Shown piece by piece: positions 1 through 12,937 of a stretch of 64,000 bases of DNA (its first letter is position 1; every line of letters starts with the position of its first letter). The DNA comes from Antedon mediterranea (lineage: Eukaryota; Animalia; Echinodermata): positions 11,137,888 through 11,201,887 of the forward strand of contig NC_092676.1 of NCBI RefSeq assembly GCF_964355755.1, given 5' to 3'. Both the position numbers and the translations under genes were made by a program. The notes under the pieces were generated by a model. That model saw only the letters and a list, made by a program, of their open reading frames with translations. It did no database searches and was not told the origin of the DNA.

Positions 1-747
1 AGTGATCAAATTATAGTAGGCCTATTTGTATGTTATTGTCGCTTAAAATTATGCAGTTAAAGTATTTGATTTTAGGGTGACAGAAACGGTTAGGCAAGAA
101 AAGAAATAAATTTGGGAATTTTGTTATGCGGTAAAAACAATTAAACATAATTTACCCCTAATGCATGTAAATGTAGAAAACATTGCTTATGTTAGCGCGA
201 CCGAAACTCGCTACTGGGAATAGAGCCTGCAAAAGCGACGCGTACACACCTACTCGGGCACCGGCGGAGCGCGATCGAAAGTAAATATACCCGATTTCAA
301 ATGATCATAAAATTCTTTTAAAAAATATCAACATTTTGATTTTTTGAGGATTAAAAGTAAAGATATTGAAATTTAACATGCTATTTACAAATATGTATTT
401 AAAAATTCGGAAACAATTTTAGCGTGATATTAAAACAAACTTTTTAGAGTTCCGCGATTTCCTACGCAGGATTTGTTTGTTTTCATTGTTAATGGGCGAA
501 TGTTACCTAAACTAGAATCGTTATAAATCTTTTAAATTTGTATTATAAGTAATTTCTTTAGTATTCTTAGTAACATCGAATGTCTCTAATTAACTAGCAG
601 TTATTTATACTAACTATTGTTCAATAATAAGCGTGTATGAAGTGAAAATCTATAGTAATAATGTTCTTAGTCAGTTCGTCTCGCTCGCGTGAAGTCTTCG
701 GGTTTCTCAATACAATTCTCAGCGGTAAGATAGGCTCGCGCTAATGT

Positions 748-1875
748 TTAAATCAAAAGCGCTCTCAAAACACTTTTTGTCCAAAATTCGCAATATGACG
801 TGAGTGTGGCGCCAGTATCAACTTTTAATTGTAAGTTATGCGTGCCTGGTCTGCCGTCAAGTTTTACTTTGAGATTTGCGAAAGCTTCGTCTCGGGGTTT
901 CGGTCCGTCTTGGAAACAGAAACTGGATACTTGTATAGAGGAGAAAGAAAATGATTCAAATTGCGTATTCATGCAATCAGTATCGTTATCATCAGTATGC
1001 GTCTGTTCAGACTGTTCCAAATAATGTACATTTCTATTATATCCATAAGGGCGGTTGCGTTGGTATCCACCCCGTTGTCTTGGGGATTGACCCCGTCGGT
1101 AACGTTGGTGGTTTTGAGCATAATTAGTTCTATATTTTGGTCGACTACGATGATCTTTAAATTTACTGGTTAGACAAAACTTAGCCCAATGGCCATTCTT
1201 ACCACATGCTCTACATACGTCATCACGAGCAGGACAGTCCTGACGGTCTAAACGGTGATCTGTGCCACAATTCCTACATTTTTGTTGTTGGTAGAATAGT
1301 GATGAAACGTTAGCGATTTGTCCTTGCCCATGCATAGATTGTAGTTCACTTATATGGGCGGCGGAGGCTTCGTAACTCCGACCAAGTTTGAGCGCGTCTT
1401 GAACATTAAATCCTTTTGGTTTGTTCATTAGATCTTTCTGTAATTCCGGTATGGGAGTACTGGCAATTATCTGCTCTATCAATCGCTCATTCAATTCACT
1501 ATCGTTAAAATCACGTTTCAGAGCAAGCAATTTGCATCGGTTAATAAACTCATCCAACGACTCCCCTTGTTTTTGTGTGTATTTCCTTAGCTTCAATCGA
1601 CAAATACGAAAGTTTTCTGAAGGTTCTAATTGCTCAAGAAATTTCTTGAAAATAGTAGCTGGCTCCTTTCGCTGCTCTTCCGTTAATGTCCATGTATTAT
1701 ATCTGCGAAGACCTTCTTCGCCTACGGCAAGAAGTATCAAAGGGACTTGTCGATCTGCGTCTGTACCTTTGACTTGGAAATATAATTCAACACGTTGTTG
1801 AAATAACTTAAACGAATCTGCCGCATTTGGCGAGCTCCAATCAAAACGTGGAACGTGTTCAGTCATTGTTGACAC
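748..1875 (-). pseudogene. Ty3/Gypsy Gag with two zinc knuckles, truncated at the protease active site
   Basis: Gag-like N-terminus (VPRFDW...FKLFQQRVELYF), Cys/His knuckles CRNCGTDH...CPA and CRACGKNGHWAKFC, protease motif KVDTGA near 810-825, after which homology stops. The likely true ATG is at 1866. Confidence 0.88.
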
Positions 1876-2019
1876 GAGATATATACAATACCGGCTGTAC
1901 TACCGTGGTGGTATGCTGGCTGTGTTGTGTTTATTTCGGCCTAGCATGCACAGAAACGGCTATTAATTGTTGCGTTTTGTCTTCACTGGTTATGTTTAAA
2001 AAAAAAGTAAAGATACGTA

Positions 2020-2037
2020 ATCCTACTTCTGACACCA
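2020..2037 (-). promoter_or_regulatory. Primer-binding site, tRNA-Leu type
   Basis: Minus strand TGGTGTCAGAAGTAGGAT directly follows the LTR end and is complementary to the tRNA-Leu(CAA) 3' end ...CTTCTGACACCA. Confidence 0.8.
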
Positions 2038-2214
2038 TGTAAAGTCTGGTGTTAAACGAAAGAAATGAGACAGAGAGACAACCATGTAAGTTACGATAAG
2101 TACAAGTGTTTAATGGCAAAACAACACGTCCTTTATATACAGTAATACCTAGCACGCCACCACTCAAGTGTGTATGCAAATTGGGGTCTAGCGCCACCAT
2201 ATTACAGGGCAACA
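2038..2214 (-). repeat. 5' LTR (~177 bp) of the truncated Gypsy element
   Basis: Minus strand TGTTG...TTACA termini, TATA-like GTATATAAAG and ATTAAA, abutting the PBS. It interrupts the 5' end of a Helitron copy. The partner LTR is not in the window. Confidence 0.7.
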
Positions 2215-4262
2215 TTCACTAAATCGCGTGTTTACTCGGTGGTATATAAAGTTGGTTCGTACTTTCGGTACTGATTTTAACCACCTGATGTAACCCTGTT
2301 TACTAATTAAATTGAGTTAGATAATTAGTCATTGACAATTATAACGAATTTAGGTTCAACGATTTGCCCCAAATAGGGTGTTTTCCGATCGTGGTAGGCT
2401 ATACACTAATGGATGTCCATCTTTCATAATACGAGGATGCTTCGCATTTACCTATCTCGTCCTACGATAATTGTTTTAATAGCTGAAAAACGGTTGAACA
2501 GCTCGAGTACAGCATAATAATGTTGAATATACGTTTATACAAATGTATTGATTTCCGATGAATGGAACATTCCAATCTCTCAGTCTCCCAGTTTGGTTTA
2601 ACACAAGTAGGTAAATTTATGAGCCCTTGGTAACAAGGTAAATGTATGGGCCCTTGGAGAATAAACTTAAAACCGTAAGATATAGTATTGCAATACTTTG
2701 ACAATACTGTAAATACGTATTAACTATTTTTGGTCTCCATTTGAATCGAAAATGTCTTACTGTAAGTGTTTGGTACTGTTAGATATATAAACACATATAC
2801 AAACTAGAAAGCCACTCCGAGAGTGCATACCTCCGCCTACTGTAAAATTCTCCTACATAAGATTTCTCCGGTAAAAAAAAAATATATATATATTTGTGTG
2901 TGTCTTAATGCTGTTTGTGATTTAGGCTAATTTCACTACAAGCCGGCTTTTGAAAAATTCTGTCCTATCTTTTAACAGTATCAGGTCTGAAAAGTATACT
3001 AAAAAGTGGTCCCAAAATTTAATGGAATGGTCCTTGACCACATATCTATCTGTATATTCATTTTAGTAAAGATCTTGTAATTACTTTTTGAGTAATCCTG
3101 CTAACAAACAAATGAAAACACTCAGAAACTGAGTGAAGTACTTGGCAAAATATATCCACTGATTGGGAGCATGTTGAAAGATAAATTTGTTTGCTTTATG
3201 TAATAGCTTTACATTGTTAAAAGCCTGCTGGTGTTAATAATTTGTTTAAATACTTTTTAATACAAACAATCCCGGCATTGCAATAATGACCTTTCTAAAC
3301 TCAAGATTGACCAGAATAATGGTAGAGGAGTGTTTTGAAGCTGTGCCGATTTTCGGCGCCTCTGCCTTAACCCATGTAGTAAGCTTAACCGCTCGGCCAG
3401 TCGACTAATATTTAGGTCCATGTCAAAGAATGTCCATGTTAAAAGAATACAGAGTGTGCTATTTAATATATCGATGGAAGATAAGCTTTTGTGACATGAC
3501 CAATATATCAATTTTCCTGAAAATCAACAGGCATGTTCTGACAGCAAGTATATACCTATGCACAGAATTAAATAAAACGTGACTAAAAAAACTAATTATA
3601 AACTAACAATAGCCTCATTTGACTAACAATGGAACAGCAACGCGAAAAACAAGCGGGTGGATTTTCAAAGAAAAAGGTTTTTTTAAAACTAGTCGTATTA
3701 AAAATCTGGTACATTAAATCAAGTTATGTTTTAAAATTACAAATCACAAATTATAACCATTGCCTCTTGTCCAAAAATCTTTTAACACTAGCCGGTCTGA
3801 AAATAATATCATTTTTGTTATTTGTGAAGTTATTAATAAACCAATTTTGTTGATTTTCAATAGGCATGGTCTGAAAGTATATACCTATCTACACCCAAAA
3901 ATTCAAATTGATATTTGAAAACTGTAGGCGTTATCGTGCTAACAAACAAACATGCATACAAACAAAGTAAATACTATACTTGGCAAAATTTTATTTTGCC
4001 AAATAACAAACACACGCCACCGATTACATATACCTCCTTGGCGGAGGTAAATAAAATTGATTACTGTGAGTGTGGGTAGGCCCTACTGTTAGATTATAAA
4101 CACATAATATATACAAATTAACTTTATTACTATTACAGTTGCTTCTCAAAGTTTGTATTAATTAATAATTAATAATTCCCAAAAAAAAATATAAACGTCG
4201 TAGTGGTGTATCGTTACATTTACTATTTCAATCGACTATGATAGGCTACTGCATTTAATCAA
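2215..4262 (+). mobile_element. Helitron family A copy (partial; 5' tip interrupted by the LTR, HINE nested inside)
   Basis: 2215-2800 and 4052-4260 are the reverse complement of ~56860-57660; the 5' part also matches 43630-44045. Confidence 0.75.
2802..4051 (-). mobile_element. Non-autonomous Helentron/DINE-1-like (HINE) element
   Basis: Subterminal IR TACCTCCGCC (2828-2837) / GGCGGAGGTA (4040-4049), hairpin CACTC-CGA-GAGTG next to CTAG (2804), terminal palindrome TACCTCCTTGGCGGAGGTA. Inserted into an A/T run; the empty site is seen in the paralog near 57010. Confidence 0.8.
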
Positions 4263-4570
4263 TAAATATGGAAAACTTGAACAAAAATGTAAGCAAAGGT
4301 TTTTTGGTTTTAATTGAATGGCCATGTTGTCCTGATCACACACCATACAAACATAAAAATTATCATAAACTGTTCATAACAGGTGAATATGTAAATTATG
4401 AAGGGGAATACTACCTACTATACAGTACAATGTTTTTCAGAAAAAATTGAGCAATTTCATTCAGGTATCCATGTATCTCCCATAAACGGAATGTACGGCT
4501 CAAAGAGAATCCAGAAGTTACCCTTGGTTCATTTTGGCAAATCCATATGGGTTCCTTAAGGATTGAGGGT

Positions 4571-4702
4571 TGTTACGGGCTCGCTCGTTAGGCTGAAACC
4601 AACAATAAGAACATAACAAAACACGTTGTAGTTGTCGTCCGTCTTTATTCCTCTCTCCCCTTTACTCTAGAGGGCTCACTTCCATGTGACAAACCCATCA
4701 CA
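4571..4702 (-). repeat. 3' LTR of Gmr1-type element
   Basis: TGT...ACA, 132 bp, 4 mismatches to 12802-12933. Confidence 0.95.
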
Positions 4703-4969
4703 CACCCCCACTTAAAGAAAGTTTGATATGATTAAACTTATAACTGTTTACTATAACATCTTAAATCTTTTCTTATACAGTAGTTATTTTAACAGGTCGT
4801 TGATATGAATTTACTTCAACTGCTTCTTTAAAATTTCACAAGTTCTAATGACTTTACTTTAAATCCGTGTATGCCATTATGCATCACTCTATCACAACTA
4901 ACATATTATAATTAAATAAACACTCTTAAAATCAACAAAACTTTTACAATCATTTCATGCATGTTTTAT

Positions 4970-5446
4970 CTAAACTCTTGACAAAGCGTCAGCTACAACA
5001 TTGTCTTTTCCTCTGACATGATGAATTTCCAGATTCATTTCTTGAAATGCCAAACTCCATCTCAACAAGCGTTGATTCTTGTCCTTCATTCTTGCCAAGA
5101 ACGTTAATGGGTTGTGGTCAGTCCAAACTACAATTGGAAACGGAGTAGATCCAAGATACACTTCAAAGTGCTTTAACGCTGACATCAAAGCTAATGTTTC
5201 CTTCTCAACAGTAGAATAACGCTTCTCATGCTGGTTGAATTTTCTCGAGTAGAAACACACAGGCTTGTCAACACCATTCTCGTCTGTTTGCACCAACACA
5301 GCACCAGAACCAACATCACTGGCATCAATCATTAACGAGAACTGTTTATCAAATTGTGGAGCCATCAACACCGGTTCGTTTGATAACCATCGCTTTAACT
5401 TTAATGAACGCATTATTGCATTCCTCCAACCACACAAAGCTCGCAT
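4970..5446 (-). pseudogene. RNase H domain of Gmr1-type pol (frameshifted from the upstream ORF)
   Basis: DASDVGSGAVL, YSTVEKETLAL, WTDHNPL, NVVADALSR. Confidence 0.92.
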
Positions 5447-8400
5447 TCTTTTTCAGTAGATTCGTTAATGGAGCTACAAGCGTTGAGAAACTTCTGCAAA
5501 AACGTCGATAAAACCCAGCCATTCCCAGGAACCGCATTAACTCCCGCTTACTCTTTGGAACTGGGAAATCACAGACTGCCTTAATCTTAGCACTTAATGG
5601 TTTTACTTTTCCGCAACCAACTTTATGACCTAAGAACACAATTTCTGGACATGAAAACTCGCTTTTCACCAAATTTACTGTCAACTTTGCAGCTGTCAAC
5701 CTGTCAAACAATGCCTTAATTCTCTGCACATGGACATCCCATGTATCACTATAAACAACCAAATCGTCTATATAAGCTTCACAGCCCTCCAACCCTGAAA
5801 TTATACCATTAACCAATCTCTGGAACGTGGCTGGTGCGTTTTTTAAACCGAAAGGCATGACCTTATACTGATAAAGACCCATAGGAGTTACAAAAGCTGA
5901 CACTTCTTTCGCACGCTCTGTTAAAGGAATTTGCCAGTAACCCTTTAGAAGATCAAATTTACTGACAAACTTAGCACTACCCACACGATCAATACAGTCG
6001 TCTATCCTCGGTATGGGATATGAATCTGCAGTAGATTTAGCATTAACCTTCCGATAATCAGTACAAAAACGATACGATTTATCTGGCTTCGGAACTAATA
6101 TATATGGAGAACTCCAAGCACTGCAACTAGGCTCGATTATATCATTCTTAATCATGTAATCAATCTCATTTTGTAATATCTTCATCTTGAACGGATTTGT
6201 TCTATATGGATTTTGTTTTATTGGTGAACAATCAGCTGTCTTAACGTCATGCTCCACTAAGTTCGTTCGACCTGGAACATCCAAAAACAACTGCAGATTT
6301 CCATATATCAAACTAACAATTTCAACCTTACGATCACGAGATAAATGACTAACTTTTTCTTCAATGTTTGCAAGGACATCTGAATTACTGAACTTAACAC
6401 ATGTATCAGGATCCCCAAACTCTTCAGAATTCTCTTCAACAACACACGTAACTGGTGTTGACGTACAGGTATCACTATTATTTCTCGCTGTGTATGGTTT
6501 CAACATGTTTATATGACTCAGTCGCTTCTTTTTACGCCTATCTGGAGTATCTAACACATAGTCAACTTCTCCTATTCTTTCTAATACTTTGTAAGGACCA
6601 GCAAATCTTGCAGATAATGGTTGACTGGGAAGAGGCAACATAACTAACACTTCATCACCTGAATTAAAGCTTCTCTTTTCTGATTTCCTATCAAACAATC
6701 TTTTAATTTTACCCTGAGCCTTCACAAGATTCTTTCTAGCCATCTCACGAGCACGATTTAATCGATCACGAAATTCAGACACATAATCTAGTATCGATAC
6801 AGACTCTTCTGCATTCCCTAACAGCCTTTCTTTGACTATTTTAAGAGGGCCTCGGACCGAATGACCATACACCAACTCAAATGGGCTAAACCCTAAGGAC
6901 TCTTGCACTTTTTCACGAACAGCGAATAACAATAAGGGAACTCCCTCATCCCATTCCTTTTCACATTGAAAACAATAGGTTTTAATCATATTCTTAAGTG
7001 TTTGATGAAATCTCTCAAGTGCCCTTTGAGACTGTGGATGGTAAGCACTTGAACTTATATGGGCAACACCTAACTGCTCTAAGACTTGTTTAAATATCTT
7101 TGACATGAATGTTGATCCTTGATTGGACTGAACAGCTTTAGGCAATCCTACCCATGTAAAGAATTTCACCAATGCTTGAACTACATTCTTAGCTGTAATA
7201 CGCCTAAGAGGAATCGCTTCTGGAAACCTACTTGATGCACACATTATTGTTAATAGATACTCATTTCCATTTTTAGTACGTGGTAATGGTCCCACACAAT
7301 CAACACTAACTCTTGAAAATGGTTCACCGAATGCCGGAATAGGCTTAAGTGGGGCTACTGGAACCTTTTGATTAGGCTTCCCCACTACCTGACACGCATG
7401 ACAGGATTTACAATAGTTAGACACATCTTTTCTAAGACCTGGCCAAAAGAAATGCCTGAGAATTTTGTCTACCGTTTTATTGACACCTAAATTACCTGAA
7501 AGAGGATCATCATGCGCAATACCAATAATATCCTCACGGTATCCACTAGGAATAACTATCTGGTGAATCTCATTCCAAACCTCACTACTTGGAATATCTG
7601 GTGGCCTCCACTTACGCATAAGTATACCATCCTTTATATAATAACAAACAGGAACAATAGACATTTCCTCTTTTGGGTGCTGTTGTTCAGCTTGGGCAGT
7701 GTGTGACTCGGGACCTGAGCAGACAGCCTCTTGGGAAACGCGATCCGTAATGTCTCCGTAAAAACTATCACATAAGTCAATACTGTCATCCTCATCTATG
7801 GTTTTATTTGCCATAGATCGCGTCACCGCACACGATGGAAACACATGTGATAATTCTTTCTCTAAACACACCGTGCTTTCGTCTTCAACAGGAGTCTTGC
7901 ACACAACCGGTTCTACTGTCACTCTGTCTCCGGCCAAATCATTCCCCAAAAGGAGTGTGACACCCCATACTGGAAGACTCGGAACGACACCGACAACAAA
8001 ATCTCCGCTAACAATATCTGTTTCAATCCGAATTACATGAAGTGGGACTTCCTTATAACCCCCTTCAACACCTTGAATGAGCACACTTGCTCCAGCAGAA
8101 GACTCGTTTGAAAATGACAATGCCGATTCTATTATCAGGGATTGTGACGCCCCTGTGTCTCTTAAGACACGAACTTTACTCAGATTCACATCGTTGATCA
8201 ATGCTACAGAACCATTAGAGAGGAAAGGCTTAAATAGCTTTCGCACTTTTTCCGGACCTGAAGATTGGATCAACTTCTCACTTTCATCAACGTCATGACT
8301 CTCTGTCACTTCCAACGGGACTGTATTTACTAACGTGTTTGGAAGTGATTGGGGTTTCTTATTATCCCCTTTAGCTTTGCTTTGAAACAGCCAGCAATCT

Positions 8401-8453
8401 GCCTTTATATGACCCTTTTTCTTGCAGTAAAAACAAGTTCTGACAAATTTACT
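5349..8453 (-). pseudogene. Gmr1-type polyprotein: zinc knuckle, protease, integrase, reverse transcriptase
   Basis: In-frame CFYCKKKGHIKADC (~8395-8436), LRDTGASQS, integrase (VDCVGPLP, QSNQGS with D>N, ERFHQTL, GPY), then RT (FDLLKGYWQ, MPFGLKNAP, YIDD). Confidence 0.95.
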
Positions 8454-8454
8454 A

Positions 8455-9746
8455 ATAATAATAATAATAATAAACAGTATTTATATAGCGCCTAATGGAT
8501 CACTGACCCCTCTAGGTGCTTTACATAGGACCTTAACTAATGGTAATAAACTATCCCCCGCCGGACACCATTCCGGTATTTCTTAGTCGAGGTTTCGGGG
8601 ATGGAGACAATCAATAATGTGAAAAAAAAATATGCTTAACTAAGGTAAAACTATCTCCCGCCGGACACCATCCCGGTATTTCTGAGTCAAGGTTTCGGGG
8701 CCAGAATTAAGAATAGAGAGTAAATGAAGCATGCACAACTTAAGCTAGGGTTAAACTATCCCCCGCCGGACGCGATTTTTTTTTTCGTACATAAGTTGGG
8801 GACCCCTAATGAAACGTCACAAAATAAACATGAATAATTCATCAGTTAAATTTGTTGTTCCGTGTGCACCCAAGCGTATAGCAACAAGAAGTGATTACAC
8901 AACTGCGATACGATTCTATCTACAATAGGCCTAGGATTCTAGGTCAATTCACGTGATTGCCTTCGCGCACTCTTCTTCACACACACGTCCACTATCCAAA
9001 ACGTGTCGAGGCTAATCGACAGCTAGGCAAGACATTAAACTAAGTAGTAATTGGACATAGCCCAAAGAAAGCTTAGACCCACAAGAATAAAGAATGTGTA
9101 TAATTTGTGTACTGTATTTTTTTAATTCTGCTATTTTATTATCAAACAATATGCATGTACTCAAAGGAACTTTAAAAATGCGCGTATATGAACACATGAG
9201 ATGGGAAGATTAGACCCACGAGAATAAAAAATGTATTTTTGTGTAATGTTTATTGTTTAATTTTGCTGACTTATTACTCGGACTGTGTCATACCTAACTA
9301 ACACACACGTCACACACACCACCAACACAGCTACTATAGAATAGACATGGGTTTAGAGACTAGTAATTAGGCCTAATAGTATCAATAGAAACTATAATTT
9401 TAACACGTAATTCTTTAGTAATAAATTAAAAACACCATAAACTAAAGGCTGATTATTTCGACAATCCACACAAAACGCCGCTATTCTATTATGAAATCGC
9501 ACGCGGCAACCACAGCGGAGATAGGCCTAGAATCGTACCGCACTTGTGTAAACTGTAATCACTTCTTGTTGCTATACGCTTGCGTGCACACGACACGGAA
9601 CAAGAAAATTTAACTGATTATTTTGTGACGTTTCATGAGGGGGTCCCCAACTTATGTACGAAAAAAAAAATCGCCCGCCGGACACCATCCCGGTATTTCT
9701 GAGTCAAGGTTTCGGGGAAGGAATAAATGAATGAACGAATAAGTAG
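8455..9746 (-). mobile_element. Short retroposon with an L2/CR1-type 3' tail inserted in gag
   Basis: Minus strand ends ...GGCGCTATATAAATACTGTT(TAT)n. Probable TSD TTACTA (8449-8454 / 9747-9752). Three internal copies of CCCGCCGGACACCATCCCGGTATTTCTGAGTCAAGGTTTCGGGG. Confidence 0.6.
8772..9674. mobile_element. MULE-like MITE (903 bp)
   Basis: ~150-bp imperfect TIRs starting GCGATTTTTT...CGTACATAAGTTGGGGACCCC; perfect 9-bp TSD CCGCCGGAC (8763-8771 / 9675-9683). Confidence 0.88.
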
Positions 9747-10369
9747 TTACTACTACTATTAACTGTAGTTTTCTGACTTTGGACCTTAGAATCAACAGAT
9801 TTGGAAACCGATTTGGTATTCACTACCTTGTGCGTGAGCACATAATTATCGGCAACAGAAGCCGCTTTCATTAAATTATCCACTTTCTGTTCCTCTAGAT
9901 GCGTACGAACTTCAGTAGGGGAACAAGATTTAAACTCCTCAACTAACATAAGCTCACGAAGCTTTCCAAATTCACCGTTTACTCCTTCCGAACTACACCA
10001 TCTATCAAAAAGAATCTGCTTCTTACGTGCAAATTCTGTAAACGTTTGATCATAAGGTTTACCTAAGTTCCTAAATTTCTGACGATACGGCTCTGGAACT
10101 AACTCATAAGCTGACAAAACAGCAGTTTTAACCGCATCATAGCTTTCACATTGATCATCAGCCAATGCAGAAAATACCGCTTGGGCTTTACCCACAAGAG
10201 CAGTTTGTAACAACACAGTCCAGTGTCTAGCAGGCCACTTTAATCTATTAGCAATTTTCTCAAAAGCTAAAAAAAATGTCTCTACCTCGTCTTCATTAAA
10301 CTTGGGAACCCATTTAATATTCTGAGTAATCTCTGAATAATTAGGTGTAAAAACCCGTGTGTGACCCAT
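9704..10369 (-). pseudogene. Gmr1-type Gag capsid (SCAN-related) segment
   Basis: VPKFNEDEVETFFLAFEKIA...W...LVGKAQ...YDAVKTAVLSAYELVPE.YRQKFR...LMLVEEFK. N-terminal pieces lie at 10393-10548 and 12269-12441. Confidence 0.88.
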
Positions 10370-10548
10370 TTGGTTAGCTAATTCTAATTTCCTTAACTCA
10401 AACTCATGTTTTCTTTTTCCATTTCTCTTTGAGTTTGCATCTCTAGAATCTCTATTTTTCTTCTTTCAAAAATTAATTTTTCACGTTCCAACTCGATTCT
10501 AGCCAACTCGACCTCATTCCCCGCAGTTTTAACGGATTCATGAGTAAT

Positions 10549-12268
10549 AGAGAGAAATGGCGAACCGGCGTCTAAAATCCGAGTGGGTATAAAATCATAA
10601 CAAACCGTTGAGGGCGGCACATTTCCTATGTTTATACACGTGAATATGGCGTCGTCTAACCAATGTTGTTGCTGTAACGCTCATAATTCTTGTTATGTAT
10701 AAAAGTCATCCATCATTCACAATCATATTCCTAAAAATATCTCATATCTGTAGGTCTACATTAGACTAGGCCTATAATATTATAGTAGAATGGTGTGTTA
10801 TGCGCGATTTGAACGATTTGCGCAATTTGAAATTGCGCAAAAAAAATCCTTGCGCAATTTGAATTGAAACATGTGTTTCAAATTGCGCAAGCAACGTATT
10901 AAATTGCGCAAGTAATCTGCAAATTGCGCAAGGTTTTTCGACAGATTGTGAAATCATGCATACCCATATTTTTATAGTAATTTCTAAGAATGATTCAAAA
11001 TTAAAGATAAATATTTGCATTTTCTTATTTTAGTAGTGCAAATATTGTTATAAGTTAGCATACCGTCGAAGAACCGACGAAGGAAAACGAAGCGGTGGTG
11101 TTCCACCAGGCGGGCGCGGCGCGGGCGGCCGGCTATACTACTCTAGCCTAGCTAGGGTCTGGACTACTGATACTGACTAGGTTAGCTTAAACTAATATTA
11201 AAAACTTAATTTTTACATTTATTTTGATTTATTTCAAGTTACAGTGATAATATTATTTAATTGTAATAATAATAGTTATGTATTTATTACACACATCTTC
11301 GCATTTATTATGTTTTATTTTGAGTTATTTAGTTTCCAATAAATTATTATAATACCGATTGTCTGGTAGAATTTTGTTGCGCAATTTGAAAATTTACAGT
11401 TCGTTTTCAAATTGCGCAAAGGTGTCATATTGCGCAAGAACTATCTTGCGCAATTTACAAATTGTGCAGCGCAATTTAAAATTGCGCAAAGATTTTCTTG
11501 CGCAATTTGAAATTGCGCAAGTTGATTGCGCAATTTGAAATTGCGCAAAAAAATCCTTGCGCAATTTTAAATTGTGCAAGAATTCTTTGCGCAATTTCAA
11601 ATTGCGCAAGGATTTTTTTGCGCAATTTCAAATTGCGCAAATCGTTCAAATCGCGCATAACATGGTGTTATCAAGTATTCATTACTGGCGATAGCCCCCT
11701 GCAGGAAGGAAGCATCACTAGCCACATAACAAAATGGCAGTTGTCAAGCTGAAACTAATGCTAGGCCTACATCTACTAGAGATGCTCTATTTAGTCTTAC
11801 TACCTAGCTAGGAGAGGCTTAGCAGCACCCTAGCTAAAGTAGTAGTAGTAGTAGTACAGTATGCAATAACGAATTTCCAATATTATTATTATTATGATTA
11901 TTATTATTATTATTATAATAACCGATAATCCGTGCTAGGCTCGAGTACTCGAGGTACTACAGCATATACAGGCCAACTATCTAGGGCCTAGAGCTGGGTA
12001 CAGTATATAACAAAAACGCGTCTTAATTCAATCCAAATTAAAATAAAATATGTTAAGATTTGCCCATATAACATTAAAATTGTTAAGGGGTTGCAAAAAA
12101 AAAAAGATACTGCTATTATGTGTGTTTTAAACGTTCTTTTCTACCTACTTTTTTAACTCAACCCATCGGAATTTCCCATACAAAAACATGTGGCGAAATG
12201 GTTTGTTTACAATCTATACCCACTCGGTGAAATTTGAGTGACGTCATCGCGGTTCGCCATTTCTCTCT
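10549..12268. mobile_element. Non-autonomous TIR element with AT TSD (ISL2EU/PIF-Harbinger-like)
   Basis: TIR AGAGAGAAATGGCGAACCG / CGGTTCGCCATTTCTCTCT plus inner IR CCGAGTGGGTATA. Removing it with one AT restores the gag frame (G-L-I-T-H-E-S). Confidence 0.82.
10796..11662. mobile_element. Non-autonomous TIR element with TGT...ACA ends (Ginger-like) and TTGCGCAA arrays
   Basis: ~68-bp TIR TGTTATGCGCGATTTGAACGATTTGCGCAA...; 5-bp TSD TGGTG (10791-10795 / 11663-11667). Confidence 0.8.
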
Positions 12269-12780
12269 ATTAAACCAACATGACTTCCAATCACATTTAT
12301 CAAGTCATATTTATTCATGGAAACATTTATAGATGCTCCAACCCTAGTACCTAGGAGTCGCAAACGCTCCTCTGATAGCTGAGCTACCACCTCAATGGAC
12401 ATTCTATCCAAAAATTCCTCGTCAAAATCACTTTCTGACATAGTTTCTATTTGAAACAAACAAACAAAAACACAGGTTAAAATAATAACCAATATGACGA
12501 TAATTAAGGCACCAGTAATAAATTACCTGCCAAGTTAAGCCCACACAGTATTAAACCTACCGTGCGCCGTGGTCTCAATAACTAGACCCCTAAAATCAAA
12601 GCCAAACCGACTTCTAGTATCACAGGCAAGCCTACACAAGCCTAAAACAACAACACAGTGTACTGGCTCGACGACCGCCAAACCTCGTTCGTTATAAAAC
12701 GCCTCTAAACCTAAAACCAGCTTAGAATAAGTAACTAAAATTACCATCAGTTCGATCTACAACTACAATTCCGTACTTTG

Positions 12781-12798
12781 TTTCCGGATGACCCCCCA
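12781..12798 (-). promoter_or_regulatory. Primer-binding site, tRNA-Pro-like
   Basis: TGGGGGGTCATCCGGAAA matches 14/18 to the canonical TGGGGGCTCGTCCGGGAT, 3 nt from the LTR. Confidence 0.7.
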
Positions 12799-12801
12799 AT
12801 T

Positions 12802-12933
12802 TGTTACGGGCTCGCTCGTCAGGCTGAAACCAACAACAAGAACATAACAAAACACGTTGTAGTTGTCGTCCATCTTTATTCCTCTCTCCCCTTTACTCTA
12901 GAGGGCTCACTTCCATGTGAAAAACCCATCACA
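12802..12933 (-). repeat. 5' LTR of Gmr1-type element
   Basis: Direct repeat of 4571-4702. Confidence 0.95.
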
Positions 12934-12937
12934 GGGT

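Larger units (their letters stand above)
4571..12933 (-). mobile_element. Gmr1-type Ty3/Gypsy LTR retrotransposon (inactive, four nested insertions)
   Basis: 132-bp LTRs, TSD GGGT (4567-4570 / 12934-12937), PPT-like tract next to the 3' LTR, tRNA-Pro-like PBS, domain order Gag-CCHC-PR-INT-RT-RH. Confidence 0.95.
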
